A stretch of 40,758 nucleotides of DNA from a virus (taxonomy: Duplodnaviria > Caudoviricetes): the IMG/VR virus record IMGVR_UViG_3300020161_002793, positions 1 through 40,758 of that record; one strand, given 5' to 3'. The notes beneath the pieces were generated by a model. The model did no database searches. It was not told the DNA's origin and was given only the letters and a program-made list of their open reading frames with translations. The translations under genes were made by a program, and so were the position numbers. How positions within the stretch are numbered: position 1 is the stretch's first letter; each line of letters begins with the position of its first letter. Positions 1-8,888 of this stretch are shown piece by piece.

Positions 1-1
1 A

Positions 2-1450
2 GTAGTAATAATTCCACCAGATGATTATACCGTCACCGACATAGAAGACAACGAGCCAATCACGACAGTCATATTGGACAATATTCTTGAGGATACGTTT
101 ACGACCGGTGTTGACGCTGACGAGGTTGGTGCTGTTCTTGACACGCTCCTCGGCGCGGAACTCACCGACACTCAGTTCGACAATGTCCTAGAAGCCGTGT
201 TCACCGAAGATGTTTCTACGGAAGTATTCACCGAAGCGCTAACAACAATGTTGGATGCAGACATCACCAGCGAACAGTTGACAGCAGTACTGGATTCAGC
301 ATTCTCCGAAGATACTTCTCCTGAGAATATGGTTGCGGCTTTGGAATCAATCTTTGATGGTCCAATTAGTTCTGGCGACTTGACAACAGTTATGGACGCA
401 GTGTTTGACGAGGACATTTCCGTTGCGGACACCAAGACAGTGCTTGACGACTTGCTGGAAACAAACCTTAGCCAAGCAGAAGCAAAAGCAGTCTTTGACA
501 ACGTGTTTGATGATGACCTTACAGATGCAGAAACCATTGGCCTCATCGTGGATGTTTTGGAAGACGGTCTAACCGCAGACAATTTAGGTGCTGCTCTTGG
601 AGCGGTCTTTGACGAAGAAGTAAGCACCGAGGTTTTGGTTGAAACCTTTACTGCCGTCTTGGGTAATGAATTGGACGCCGAGTCGGTTGGTGTCATCGTG
701 GATGTCTTGGAATCAGACACGATTACGAGCGAGCAGGTTGGACAGGTTGTTACGTTGGTGATTGAACAAGAAGGTGGCATCGAGTCAGGGCAAGCAACCG
801 AACTCGCAACAAGCGCCAAGGTGCTTGAAAGCATTGACGGGTCGCAAGCAACAGAAGTGTTTGCCGCAATCATTGTTGCCGAGGTCTCGCAAGAAGCGGG
901 TGCTGAAATCGCCGAGGCACTCGCTGAAGCACCAGTAGAAGTAAAAGAATCTTTTGAAGAAGAAATAAATGTCTTTGCTGGCGTGTTTGATACCTACACC
1001 GCCCTTGGTTCTTCGATAGATGTTGGCACGAGAAGAAGTGTGATTGCTGTAAACTTGGTTACCAGCACGGTCGCTTTGGCTTCTGCGGCTGGCGCAATTC
1101 CAACTCCTGGCTCCAATCCCTCTAGCCCTTCTCCAGCCGGCCCAAGGCAGGATGTCGCGGTAAGAAGAGAAGAGGAAGAGCCAGAAGAGGGTGGGGCAAT
1201 CGAAGGCGAAGGCCCTGACTGGATTAAAGCGATATCTATTTACAAATACACAGATGGAGTAAGAACTATGGATTGGAAGAATTTTACTAAGAAATTCATC
1301 TATGGCGTTATGGGTTCGGGTTTCACCTTGGCTGGTGCGGTAGTCATGTACTTCACCCTTTCGGGATTAACTCAACAAATTGCCTTGTGGGGCACGCTAA
1401 TCGCGTTTGCCTGTGCAATGTATCTACATATGAAAGAGCCAAACGATTAG
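2..1450 (+). CDS. Large acidic repeat protein with C-terminal transmembrane helices (5'-truncated)
   Basis: Frame is open from base 2; degenerate D/E-rich helical repeats (L..VF.ED); Pro/Glu linker; two hydrophobic segments at the C-terminus. Confidence 0.75.
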   Translation, partial: VVIIPPDDYTVTDIEDNEPITTVILDNILEDTFTTGVDADEVGAVLDTLLGAELTDTQFDNVLEAVFTEDVSTEVFTEALTTMLDADITSEQLTAVLDSAFSEDTSPENMVAALESIFDGPISSGDLTTVMDAVFDEDISVADTKTVLDDLLETNLSQAEAKAVFDNVFDDDLTDAETIGLIVDVLEDGLTADNLGAALGAVFDEEVSTEVLVETFTAVLGNELDAESVGVIVDVLESDTITSEQVGQVVTLVIEQEGGIESGQATELATSAKVLESIDGSQATEVFAAIIVAEVSQEAGAEIAEALAEAPVEVKESFEEEINVFAGVFDTYTALGSSIDVGTRRSVIAVNLVTSTVALASAAGAIPTPGSNPSSPSPAGPRQDVAVRREEEEPEEGGAIEGEGPDWIKAISIYKYTDGVRTMDWKNFTKKFIYGVMGSGFTLAGAVVMYFTLSGLTQQIALWGTLIAFACAMYLHMKEPND

Positions 1451-1545
1451 TAGTTACTTTTATTAGTAGCCTATAATTTAGTACATTTTGTTGTAAAATC
1501 AGGTGATGCCTTAAAGGTTTTGGCACTTTTTGAAAAGAGTTGACA

Positions 1546-2328
1546 ATGAATAAATTAGCTTGGGATTATATTGTTCCGGTTGTACTTCCTAAAGACCTTA
1601 AAGGTGTTGAGCCAGGGAAGTTGCCTGCAAATCTTTTGAGAGCTGTCCCAGGTGGTGGCAAGATGCACTGGATTGCTGCATCCGCATGGAGCGCAATGGT
1701 TGAGAAAGCAAAAGCTGCAGGAATTGAACTAAAACCGACTTCCAGCGGCGACACATATCGCGATTACGAGTCGCAAAAAAGAGGATTTCTTAGTCGCTAC
1801 CAACTAGAGCCAACAGGAACAAATTCAACCAAAACCTTTGAAGGAAAAACTTGGCATCTTAAAAAGGGTATGGCGATGTTGGCCACACCTGGTAAATCGC
1901 AGCATAATCTCGGTTTGGCCGTTGACGTTCATTCAGCATCAGAGCCAAAACGCCTCAACTGGCTTATTGCAAATGTCAAAGAGTTTGGTTTCTCTTGGGA
2001 AGTTGTTCCAAGCGAGCCATGGCATCTTCGATATGTAAGTGGCGACAATATCCCTGCATCAGTTAAAGCATGGATGGACGCTAACGGCGTAACTGCTCCG
2101 GCAGGTGGAGCGCCAGTCGCTGCGCCAGCAGCAGCTCCAGCATCAGATGGAAGCGGTATCAAGGAGTTACAGGAAACCCTTAAGGCTAAGGGTTTTTATA
2201 AGGGTGAAATAAATGGCCAGAAAGACGCTGCAACTGATGCGGCAATCAAAGCATTTAAAGTTGCAAACAAGCTCGCAGCGGACTCTGTGGCTGGTCCAAA
2301 AGTAATAGAACTGCTCGGACTGAAGTAG
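1546..2328 (+). CDS. Endolysin: M15 (VanY-like) peptidase plus C-terminal peptidoglycan-binding domain
   Basis: SQHNLGLAVD (SxHxxGxAxD) and EPWH motifs; Ala/Pro linker; IKELQETLKAKGFY...AAIKAFK PG_binding_1-like tail. Confidence 0.88.
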   Translation: MNKLAWDYIVPVVLPKDLKGVEPGKLPANLLRAVPGGGKMHWIAASAWSAMVEKAKAAGIELKPTSSGDTYRDYESQKRGFLSRYQLEPTGTNSTKTFEGKTWHLKKGMAMLATPGKSQHNLGLAVDVHSASEPKRLNWLIANVKEFGFSWEVVPSEPWHLRYVSGDNIPASVKAWMDANGVTAPAGGAPVAAPAAAPASDGSGIKELQETLKAKGFYKGEINGQKDAATDAAIKAFKVANKLAADSVAGPKVIELLGLK

Positions 2329-2330
2329 CC

Positions 2331-2579
2331 ATGACTGAAATCATCGTCGCCATGGTTGGTGTTATTGGGCTTATAGCTGTAGCTCTAATTGAGAAAGACC
2401 GCCGTTCTTCTAAAATAATGTGGGAAGAAAACAAAACAGACCACAACTACGTAGTGGAAAAAATTGAGACTCTTGGCAAGAGCCTTGGGCGCTCAATAGA
2501 TAGAACAAACAAATCAGTTGAGCGTATTGAGGACAAGCTTGATACACATATTCGTGACCATGTGGTTGGAGACGTCTAA
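2331..2579 (+). CDS. Small membrane protein (N-terminal TM plus coiled coil), holin-like or lysis accessory
   Basis: Hydrophobic N-terminus; directly after the endolysin. Confidence 0.6.
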   Translation: MTEIIVAMVGVIGLIAVALIEKDRRSSKIMWEENKTDHNYVVEKIETLGKSLGRSIDRTNKSVERIEDKLDTHIRDHVVGDV

Positions 2580-2812
2580 TGTCAAGCAAAAAGCCAGCAA
2601 AACGAAATATATCAAATTCTTCTCCATCTGTTGAAAAAATAGACAATGGGTTTAATGTTCGCTATGTCGGTTCTAAAGGATTTCCTCACGTGTGTCCAAT
2701 TTGCAAAAGCGAAAGAGGTAAAGGAATGGTCCGCGAATACAAGACTGTTTTGTATTGCGGAACTGGTTGCGTTATGAAACACAAAAGACTTACAGAGGTT
2801 GAATCAACATGA
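2579..2812 (+). CDS. Hypothetical Cys-rich (Zn-binding) protein
   Basis: CPIC...YCGTGC; translational coupling on both sides. Confidence 0.55.
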   Translation: MSSKKPAKRNISNSSPSVEKIDNGFNVRYVGSKGFPHVCPICKSERGKGMVREYKTVLYCGTGCVMKHKRLTEVEST

Positions 2813-3081
2813 AGAAAGATTTGTTTGTAAATGTCCTTCTTAGAATTCTTGCTACTTTTGCAGCATCTGGTCTTGGCGTTATCGGCGCAGGAACGATTGC
2901 TGGTGTTCCAGTACTCAAGGCTGTCTTCATGGCTGGAATTGCAGGGGTTGCAGTAGTTGTAGAAGGCTTGTCACGAGCATTTCTTGAGGATGGAAAACTT
3001 TCAAGTTCTGAAATCAACGATGTCTTTAACAAGGTTGACAAGAAAGCACCTGCAAAGGCAAAGGCAAATGAAGCGGTTTAG
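2809..3081 (+). CDS. Two-TM membrane protein, possible holin
   Basis: Two hydrophobic helices and a charged C-terminus; in the lysis module. Confidence 0.6.
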   Translation: MKKDLFVNVLLRILATFAASGLGVIGAGTIAGVPVLKAVFMAGIAGVAVVVEGLSRAFLEDGKLSSSEINDVFNKVDKKAPAKAKANEAV

Positions 3082-3292
3082 TCTTGTTCTCATATCTGCA
3101 CTTGCTCTTGCTTCTTGTGGTTATGACGGAGAGTATCGCTATGCATGTCAAGACCCTGAGAATTGGGGCAAGACAGAATGCGAGCCACCAGCATGCAAGG
3201 TAGATGGCGCGTGCACAGAAACGCTGCTTGGATGGGACCCGAGCGAAACAACAGTAGAAACAGTTCCAACACAGGAGACAATCGCACCATGA
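3068..3292 (+). CDS. Small Cys-rich lipoprotein
   Basis: ATG 3068; MKRFSLVLISALALAS-C lipobox signal; four further Cys. Confidence 0.7.
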   Translation: MKRFSLVLISALALASCGYDGEYRYACQDPENWGKTECEPPACKVDGACTETLLGWDPSETTVETVPTQETIAP

Positions 3293-3570
3293 GACCACGT
3301 TTAACCCCAGCAGAATTAGATGCACGACTTAAATTCGTCATCGGTTGCATGCTTGGATTCGTTCTCCTCATCACCACTGTCGGAGTACTCTGGGCACTCG
3401 TGTTCGTAACACAGCCAATCGGCGCACAAGCAGAGAACGACAAGATGTTCTTTGGCGTTCTGTCAAGTGTTGCTACGTTCATTACAGGAACACTCGCAGG
3501 GCTTATGATATCTACTGGAAGAAACCCTGAAGATAAAAACAATAACGGAATACCGGACAACGAGGAATGA
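3289..3570 (+). CDS. Two-TM membrane protein
   Basis: ATGA overlap with the lipoprotein gene; two hydrophobic helices. Confidence 0.7.
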   Translation: MRPRLTPAELDARLKFVIGCMLGFVLLITTVGVLWALVFVTQPIGAQAENDKMFFGVLSSVATFITGTLAGLMISTGRNPEDKNNNGIPDNEE

Positions 3571-3571
3571 T

Positions 3572-4594
3572 ATGAGCGGACAAACCTGGGGTGAATTTAA
3601 AGGAAAGATTAATGGTTTTCGGTTTGAAAATTCCGAACAAAAACGTCTTGGGCCAAGTATTGGCAGAGCAGCAACTGGTTCGCAATCAGAAATTGACAGA
3701 GACTCAGATGGTGTTGTCTTGGATGGTACGCCAGATGAAAAACCCGCCCCAAAGAAACCTGTCAGTAAAGAAAGCACGAGCGGATACAAGCCCGGCTACA
3801 TTCTTGAAGATGCTGATGGTCAACTACAGCAATACGATGGTCAGCCCCCTAAGGATAAACCATATATCCGAGAACAGATGAACGGACAATTACAGGCATT
3901 TAATGCACCGTCAAAGAAACCCGTTAATAATAAACCGCCAGACAGATACCCGAATCCTCCCAAAAAGCCTGTGACCAACACGGATGACGATTATGACGGC
4001 ATGATTAATGATGGAACGTCAGAAGAAAGACGTGCGCCTTACAAGAAACAAAGCAATGCCGAGTATGAAAAGGCTAGAAGAAGATTTGTTCGTGCAGAAC
4101 TTGCGCGTCAGGGAATAAAAAGAAACGCACGAGTTCAAGACAGAAGCAAAGAAGAGCGTGACGCCCGCGCGAAAGCACGAGCAGCTTTTGATAAAGCAAC
4201 TGTTAGAGCGGGAGCTGAAGCACAGGCTGGAATCGGAAGAGCAAATAGCGATGCTGCGCGAGACAGAAGACTTCAGGCCGAAAGCGACAGACTCACTGGT
4301 CAAGCAGCGCGTACTTCTGCGGCTGACAGAAAACCAGCAGACAGATATCCGAATCCTGACAAAAAGTACCCGCCAGGCCAGAAGCCTTCGGCTCCAAAAC
4401 CTGCTGACAAGAAGCCTGCTGACAGGTATCCGAATCCAACGCGCCCAGACAGAAAACCAGCGGACAGATATCCGAATCCTGAAAAGAAGTATCCACCAGG
4501 TCAGAAACCTTCAGCGCAAAAGCCAGCTGACAGAAAGCCGGCTGACAGATATCCAAATCCACCAAAGAAATATCCACCAGGCCAAAAACCGTAA
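3572..4594 (+). CDS. Low-complexity protein with DxDxDG motifs and PADRYPNP repeats
   Basis: 340-aa ORF with visible internal repeats. Confidence 0.7.
   Translation: MSGQTWGEFKGKINGFRFENSEQKRLGPSIGRAATGSQSEIDRDSDGVVLDGTPDEKPAPKKPVSKESTSGYKPGYILEDADGQLQQYDGQPPKDKPYIREQMNGQLQAFNAPSKKPVNNKPPDRYPNPPKKPVTNTDDDYDGMINDGTSEERRAPYKKQSNAEYEKARRRFVRAELARQGIKRNARVQDRSKEERDARAKARAAFDKATVRAGAEAQAGIGRANSDAARDRRLQAESDRLTGQAARTSAADRKPADRYPNPDKKYPPGQKPSAPKPADKKPADRYPNPTRPDRKPADRYPNPEKKYPPGQKPSAQKPADRKPADRYPNPPKKYPPGQKP
4318..4591 (+). repeat. Coding tandem repeat (KPADRYPNP[xKKYPPGQKP]) x4
   Basis: Four copies of GACAG(A/G)TATCC(G/A)AATCC; a fifth diverged copy near 3940. Confidence 0.85.
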
Positions 4595-4697
4595 AAACAA
4601 TTAAAGATTGATTGGGGAGGATTTGTGCCAGAACTAAATGCCAATACGCCTCCGGCAATGACGAATATCATTATGATGTTCAGATAATGGATGAAAA

Positions 4698-5153
4698 ATG
4701 ACTAACGAAACATGGGGAACATACCAGGGCAAGATTCTTGGTTTCCGTTTTGAAACAAAGGCTGATGAAGAGGGCGGTTCATGCCCTAAGGCAACTCAGG
4801 ATATTGCAGTCAATCTTAGAAACCGCGGCAAAGCAATCAAGACGGCAATGTATGGTCCGTTAAATCCAGCGGAGCCAAATGCTGACTACTGGAAGAAACT
4901 TGCTAACGAGTGGAATGTTGACTCCGCTTCGGCGAAGAAACAACTGTGCGGAAACTGTTCGCTTTTTATTAAAACCCCATCCATGATGGCATGTATCGAG
5001 GGTGGCGTTACTGGCGGCGAGAGAAAAGACGAGTGGGAAGCAATTGACGGTGCCGGCCAACTCGGTTACTGCGAAGCGTTTGATTTTAAATGTGCATCAA
5101 AAAGAACTTGTCGTGCATGGGTCACTGGTGGACCGATTACAAAAGAAAAATAA
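4698..5153 (+). CDS. Hypothetical Cys-rich phage protein
   Basis: 151-aa ORF with CGNC, YC...C...C..W; N-terminus resembles that of ORF 3572. Confidence 0.7.
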   Translation: MTNETWGTYQGKILGFRFETKADEEGGSCPKATQDIAVNLRNRGKAIKTAMYGPLNPAEPNADYWKKLANEWNVDSASAKKQLCGNCSLFIKTPSMMACIEGGVTGGERKDEWEAIDGAGQLGYCEAFDFKCASKRTCRAWVTGGPITKEK

Positions 5154-5398
5154 TGAGAGTATGGATTGACCAAGACTTATGTACTGGAGATGGACTATGC
5201 GCAGAGATAGCACCCGATGTGTTTACGATGATGCCAGACGGTTTGGCATACGTACGGGAAGGGGACAAAATATTTGCCTCCTCTGTGGGAAACCCCGAAG
5301 GCGCAAACGGTTTAGCCTCTTTCGCAGACGACCGCCTTGGTGACGTTATTGAAGCAGCCGAAGAGTGCCCTGGTGAGTGCATTTTTATTGAGCCTTAG
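5153..5398 (+). CDS. fdx: Ferredoxin (actinobacterial single-cluster type)
   Basis: MRVWIDQDLCTGDGLCAEIAPDVF...CPGECI: CxxDxxC...CP motif; TAATG coupling. Confidence 0.9.
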   Translation: MRVWIDQDLCTGDGLCAEIAPDVFTMMPDGLAYVREGDKIFASSVGNPEGANGLASFADDRLGDVIEAAEECPGECIFIEP

Positions 5399-5538
5399 CG
5401 GCCGAGTCGTTCCCTCTCAAAATTAACCCATTCTTGTCTGGCAGTACTACCGTAGTATTCATAGTCATTAACTGACTTCATAACAAATTTGTGCGCACAC
5501 AGGGCCACGACTGCTGAGATAATTAGAAAAATAAACAT
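5395..5538 (-). CDS. Small membrane peptide (47 aa)
   Basis: Manual translation MFIFLIISAVVALCAHKFVMKSV...; below the ORF-track cutoff. Confidence 0.45.
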   Translation of the reverse strand: MFIFLIISAVVALCAHKFVMKSVNDYEYYGSTARQEWVNFERERLGR

Positions 5539-5842
5539 AAAGACATTATTGCACTTAATCTCTTATTGAGATATTAAGTTTGTTATGTATCTTCAAAATA
5601 AATAATAGCAATCTTTAAACTAGATACATAAAGCCAATGACATTCACCCATAAACTTGGCTCAATTGAGATAAAATCTACTTATCATGGGTTGCTGTCCG
5701 AGAACACCTCTTTATTCTACTTTTGACCCTGATAGCAATCTTCGTCGAATCAAAGAAAAAATTCAGAACAAGTTAGATTTGGCTGAACAGAATAAAATAA
5801 TTGACCTTTCGGTTGAGCAAAGCTTTATTTCTCAGGATTCAC

Positions 5843-6823
5843 TCATCGACGGATTATCTGATTTAAATACATCTCCGCCCAGTGAATATGCCGATGAAAG
5901 CCAGGATGCGGCCAGCAGTGGGTAGGCCCATTTAAATTATTACCAATTTTGTGATAATCATATGCATAATCAAATGTTTCTAAATGTTCAAATTCATCAT
6001 GACATTTAAAATCTTCGTAATTTTTCATCTTGTAAATACTTTTTAATTCTTTTTCGTTTTTTGCGTCAACCATGTATTCGTACTTTGGCGACCATTGCGT
6101 TCTTGTGATATCGGGTATATAACATTCAAAATTGTCAACTAAAAATTGTTCCATTTCTATTGTCAAATTTGTCGTCCAAGTACTCCAAAACAATTTCACC
6201 CCAGACATCAAACAAAATGTTTCTAAAAGTTTTATATATTCAAGGTTCGCAAAATAAGCTTGCTCTAAAGGAATAATTTCACTGTAATCATATGGTGCCT
6301 GAGCTTTTACTTTAAATTTTTCCCTGTTTAAATGGTAGTCATACATGTGAGTTGCTTCTGAATCTATGAACCAAAATCTTTCTAAGTTCGGAAAGTTAGC
6401 GACAACATATTTTGGCAAAATGTCGTGAATGTTCACTATTGAAAAGAAAGCTGAAATGCACTTCATGGCGCTACCGCCGCTGTAGGAAATATTTCCATAA
6501 GAAAATTTTCTTCCTAAATTGCCCAATTTTTCTGTTAGAAGCGCCGGCCAAGTCTGTTCAACTGGCAATCCTTGACCAAGAGTTATTGAACATCCGAGCG
6601 TTATGATTTCTGAATTGAGCGAAAACTCTGCCGAGCGAAACCCATCACTGTTGTAAACATAGCTATATTCTGGTCTTGGTATTTCTGACCACGGGAAAAA
6701 AATTGGCATTTCGCAAGACCAGTCACGGTCTGGATTGGTTCTGTCAAAACCAATAGTTCTGTATCCATTGTCGATAAATGGAAGAGCAGCGTATGGCCTT
6801 TTGTTGAATATTGAGTAAAGCAT
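5843..6823 (-). CDS. SGNH/GDSL-hydrolase-like hypothetical protein
   Basis: LGCSIT.G block I-like motif and C-terminal HPG..H; AT-rich gene. Confidence 0.6.
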   Translation of the reverse strand: MLYSIFNKRPYAALPFIDNGYRTIGFDRTNPDRDWSCEMPIFFPWSEIPRPEYSYVYNSDGFRSAEFSLNSEIITLGCSITLGQGLPVEQTWPALLTEKLGNLGRKFSYGNISYSGGSAMKCISAFFSIVNIHDILPKYVVANFPNLERFWFIDSEATHMYDYHLNREKFKVKAQAPYDYSEIIPLEQAYFANLEYIKLLETFCLMSGVKLFWSTWTTNLTIEMEQFLVDNFECYIPDITRTQWSPKYEYMVDAKNEKELKSIYKMKNYEDFKCHDEFEHLETFDYAYDYHKIGNNLNGPTHCWPHPGFHRHIHWAEMYLNQIIRR

Positions 6824-7157
6824 GGCTAGTAAACGATTTTACTTTTTTTTACTTTTCTGTAGCGAATTTTAAGTTTAAACCAGAGCTTTACCATTCTCCA
6901 TGTCTTTTTCATGGTCTGATATTAGTTCCTTTACCTGCTTGGATTTGGATGTATCTTTGTATTGGCGTTTATTTTTAAGCACAAGAGGTGATTTTGAATG
7001 AGGTGGAAATCTTTCAGGGCTGTTTTGGGGACAATTGCTTTATTTCCTTTTGTTGTTTGTTCAGTATTTAGCATGTATAGAAAAGCAAAAAATGATTTAG
7101 TTCCACCAAATCGAGACATGTGGGAGTAGTATTTCACCACAGCAAATTGGAGAAATT

Positions 7158-7565
7158 ATGTCAGACCAAAGGTTTTTTTATTCGGCAAAAGTCCTAAACG
7201 TAGTTGATGGCGATACTTTTGATTGCATGGTGGATTTAGGTTTTAGTGTTCACTTAAAAGCCCGAGTTCGTCTTTATGGACTAAACACCCCAGAGTCAAG
7301 AACAAAAGACCTTAAAGAAAAAGAGCTTGGCCTAAAAGCTAAAGCTTTTACGGTTGATTGGCTTACAAGGCATCCAGTTGTATACATCCGGACAGTGGTG
7401 GACAAAGCAGAAAAGTATGGTCGAATCCTGGCCGACGTGTACTCGTCCCCTGATATCAATGACGAAAAAACAGCAAAGCTAAATACAGATATGATTGAAG
7501 CCGGACACGCTAGGCCATATTTCGGTGTTGGAGATAAGACCTGGGATGAATTTAAAACCAAGTAA
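7158..7565 (+). CDS. Thermonuclease (SNase-like) family protein
   Basis: VVDGDT, RVRLYGLNTPE and KYGRILA motifs. Confidence 0.9.
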   Translation: MSDQRFFYSAKVLNVVDGDTFDCMVDLGFSVHLKARVRLYGLNTPESRTKDLKEKELGLKAKAFTVDWLTRHPVVYIRTVVDKAEKYGRILADVYSSPDINDEKTAKLNTDMIEAGHARPYFGVGDKTWDEFKTK

Positions 7566-7738
7566 ACGATTTAGTTTTTGGTTTTTTTAGCTGGCTGCCC
7601 CTAATTAGATATTCACCGTATATCACAAAAAGACTTTTTACGGGCAGAAATGTTTTTGATGTAGACTTTGTTTAACACCTGCCTGTCAAGGGGATGAACC
7701 AGTTTTTGTAAATTTATCCAATCTGTTAGTATTCCTGT

Positions 7739-8065
7739 ATGGAATCTGAATTAGTGTGGCATAACGATGGCCACAAAATTAGCCTTCGTCTTGAAAAAAA
7801 CCTTGTTGTAGTTGATTCTGTATTCTGTCCCCATATTGAATCTGATAACAAACCTTGCCATTTGACAAAAGATGGATGTGTTGTGGTTTGGTTCATAAAT
7901 CTGTATGGCCTGGAGTGCAATGTTGGGGTTTCTCCAGCTAAACCAGAACTTGAAATTGCTTGGACTTTTATAGGCGAACCCGAAGACGGTATCGCTGCTG
8001 GTCAGGTTTGGGTAATCCCGGTCGAAGACGAGTTTTTTCAGGCCTGGTCTCTCATACAATCCTAG
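7739..8065 (+). CDS. Hypothetical protein
   Basis: 108-aa ORF with globular composition. Confidence 0.6.
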   Translation: MESELVWHNDGHKISLRLEKNLVVVDSVFCPHIESDNKPCHLTKDGCVVVWFINLYGLECNVGVSPAKPELEIAWTFIGEPEDGIAAGQVWVIPVEDEFFQAWSLIQS

Positions 8066-8508
8066 AACGGGTCACTAGATTCTTCATCGCCTTGTTTTAT
8101 GGCTTTTTCGGCTGTCTTGATTGCATTTAAAACATGGATGATATCACTGTGATTTACGAGTCTTTTTTCGTCTATTTTGTAAACGTTACGACCCTTGACT
8201 TTTGTCTTTGCTAAGAGACCATTATCAATAAGGATTTTGATGGATTTTTGCACCGCGGCTTCCGATATACCTAAATAAATAGAAAGGGCTCTCTGGGTCA
8301 TTTCTGGTTGCTCTGTGAGCACTATGAGTACCCGAGCGGGCGCGTTCAGTAGTGAAAGCTCTTCTGGCTTCCCATAGAACGCCTTACTATTCGTTTGGAT
8401 GGTTTTAAGAACCCTGGTTGCAATCTCGTGGGCTGATGAGGTTTTATCGGAAATAACGACCGCCAAGGACGATATTAGTTCGTTGTCGGCTAGTTTTCTT
8501 TTGTTCAT
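8062..8508 (-). CDS. Winged-HTH (MarR-like) transcription regulator
   Basis: MTQRALSIYLGISEAAVQKSIKILIDNGLL..K..GRNVY. Confidence 0.78.
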   Translation of the reverse strand: MNKRKLADNELISSLAVVISDKTSSAHEIATRVLKTIQTNSKAFYGKPEELSLLNAPARVLIVLTEQPEMTQRALSIYLGISEAAVQKSIKILIDNGLLAKTKVKGRNVYKIDEKRLVNHSDIIHVLNAIKTAEKAIKQGDEESSDPF

Positions 8509-8630
8509 TTTTCTCCCAGGGGGGATACCTTTGCAAATGACATATGTGTGATTTAATATACATCATGCAGGTAACACCTAAGACACATGTGCCAATTGAG
8601 CCTGCAAAAACCACCAATAGGAGGTAAGTA

Positions 8631-8888
8631 ATGCTGAAAGATAAGTTGCTTAATTTGTCCCCCAGAAACAAGTGTGCTGTTGGCGCAATTGTTTCCAAAA
8701 TGGACAAAGAAACCAAAGAAGCTTTTTGTCAAGTCATGGAGGGCGAGGTTGGCGACAAAACAATCGCTGACGTGCTTTCCAGTGAAGGTTTTTCAATCTC
8801 CCGCGAAGCAATCAAGAATCGCCGACGATGCTTCCGTTCAGAGGCTGGCACAGAAGCCTGTGAATGCCAGAAAACAGGAAAGTTCTAA
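8631..8888 (+). CDS. Hypothetical HTH-like protein coupled to the phosphoesterase
   Basis: Strong RBS AGGAGG; TAATG overlap with the next gene. Confidence 0.65.
   Translation: MLKDKLLNLSPRNKCAVGAIVSKMDKETKEAFCQVMEGEVGDKTIADVLSSEGFSISREAIKNRRRCFRSEAGTEACECQKTGKF

Noticed and set aside
172-873. 233-aa minus-strand ORF
   Set aside because: Ser/Thr-rich antisense shadow of the acidic repeat gene.
6826-7140. Small ORFs on both strands between the SGNH-like and nuclease genes
   Set aside because: Several competing short frames; could not decide which is real.
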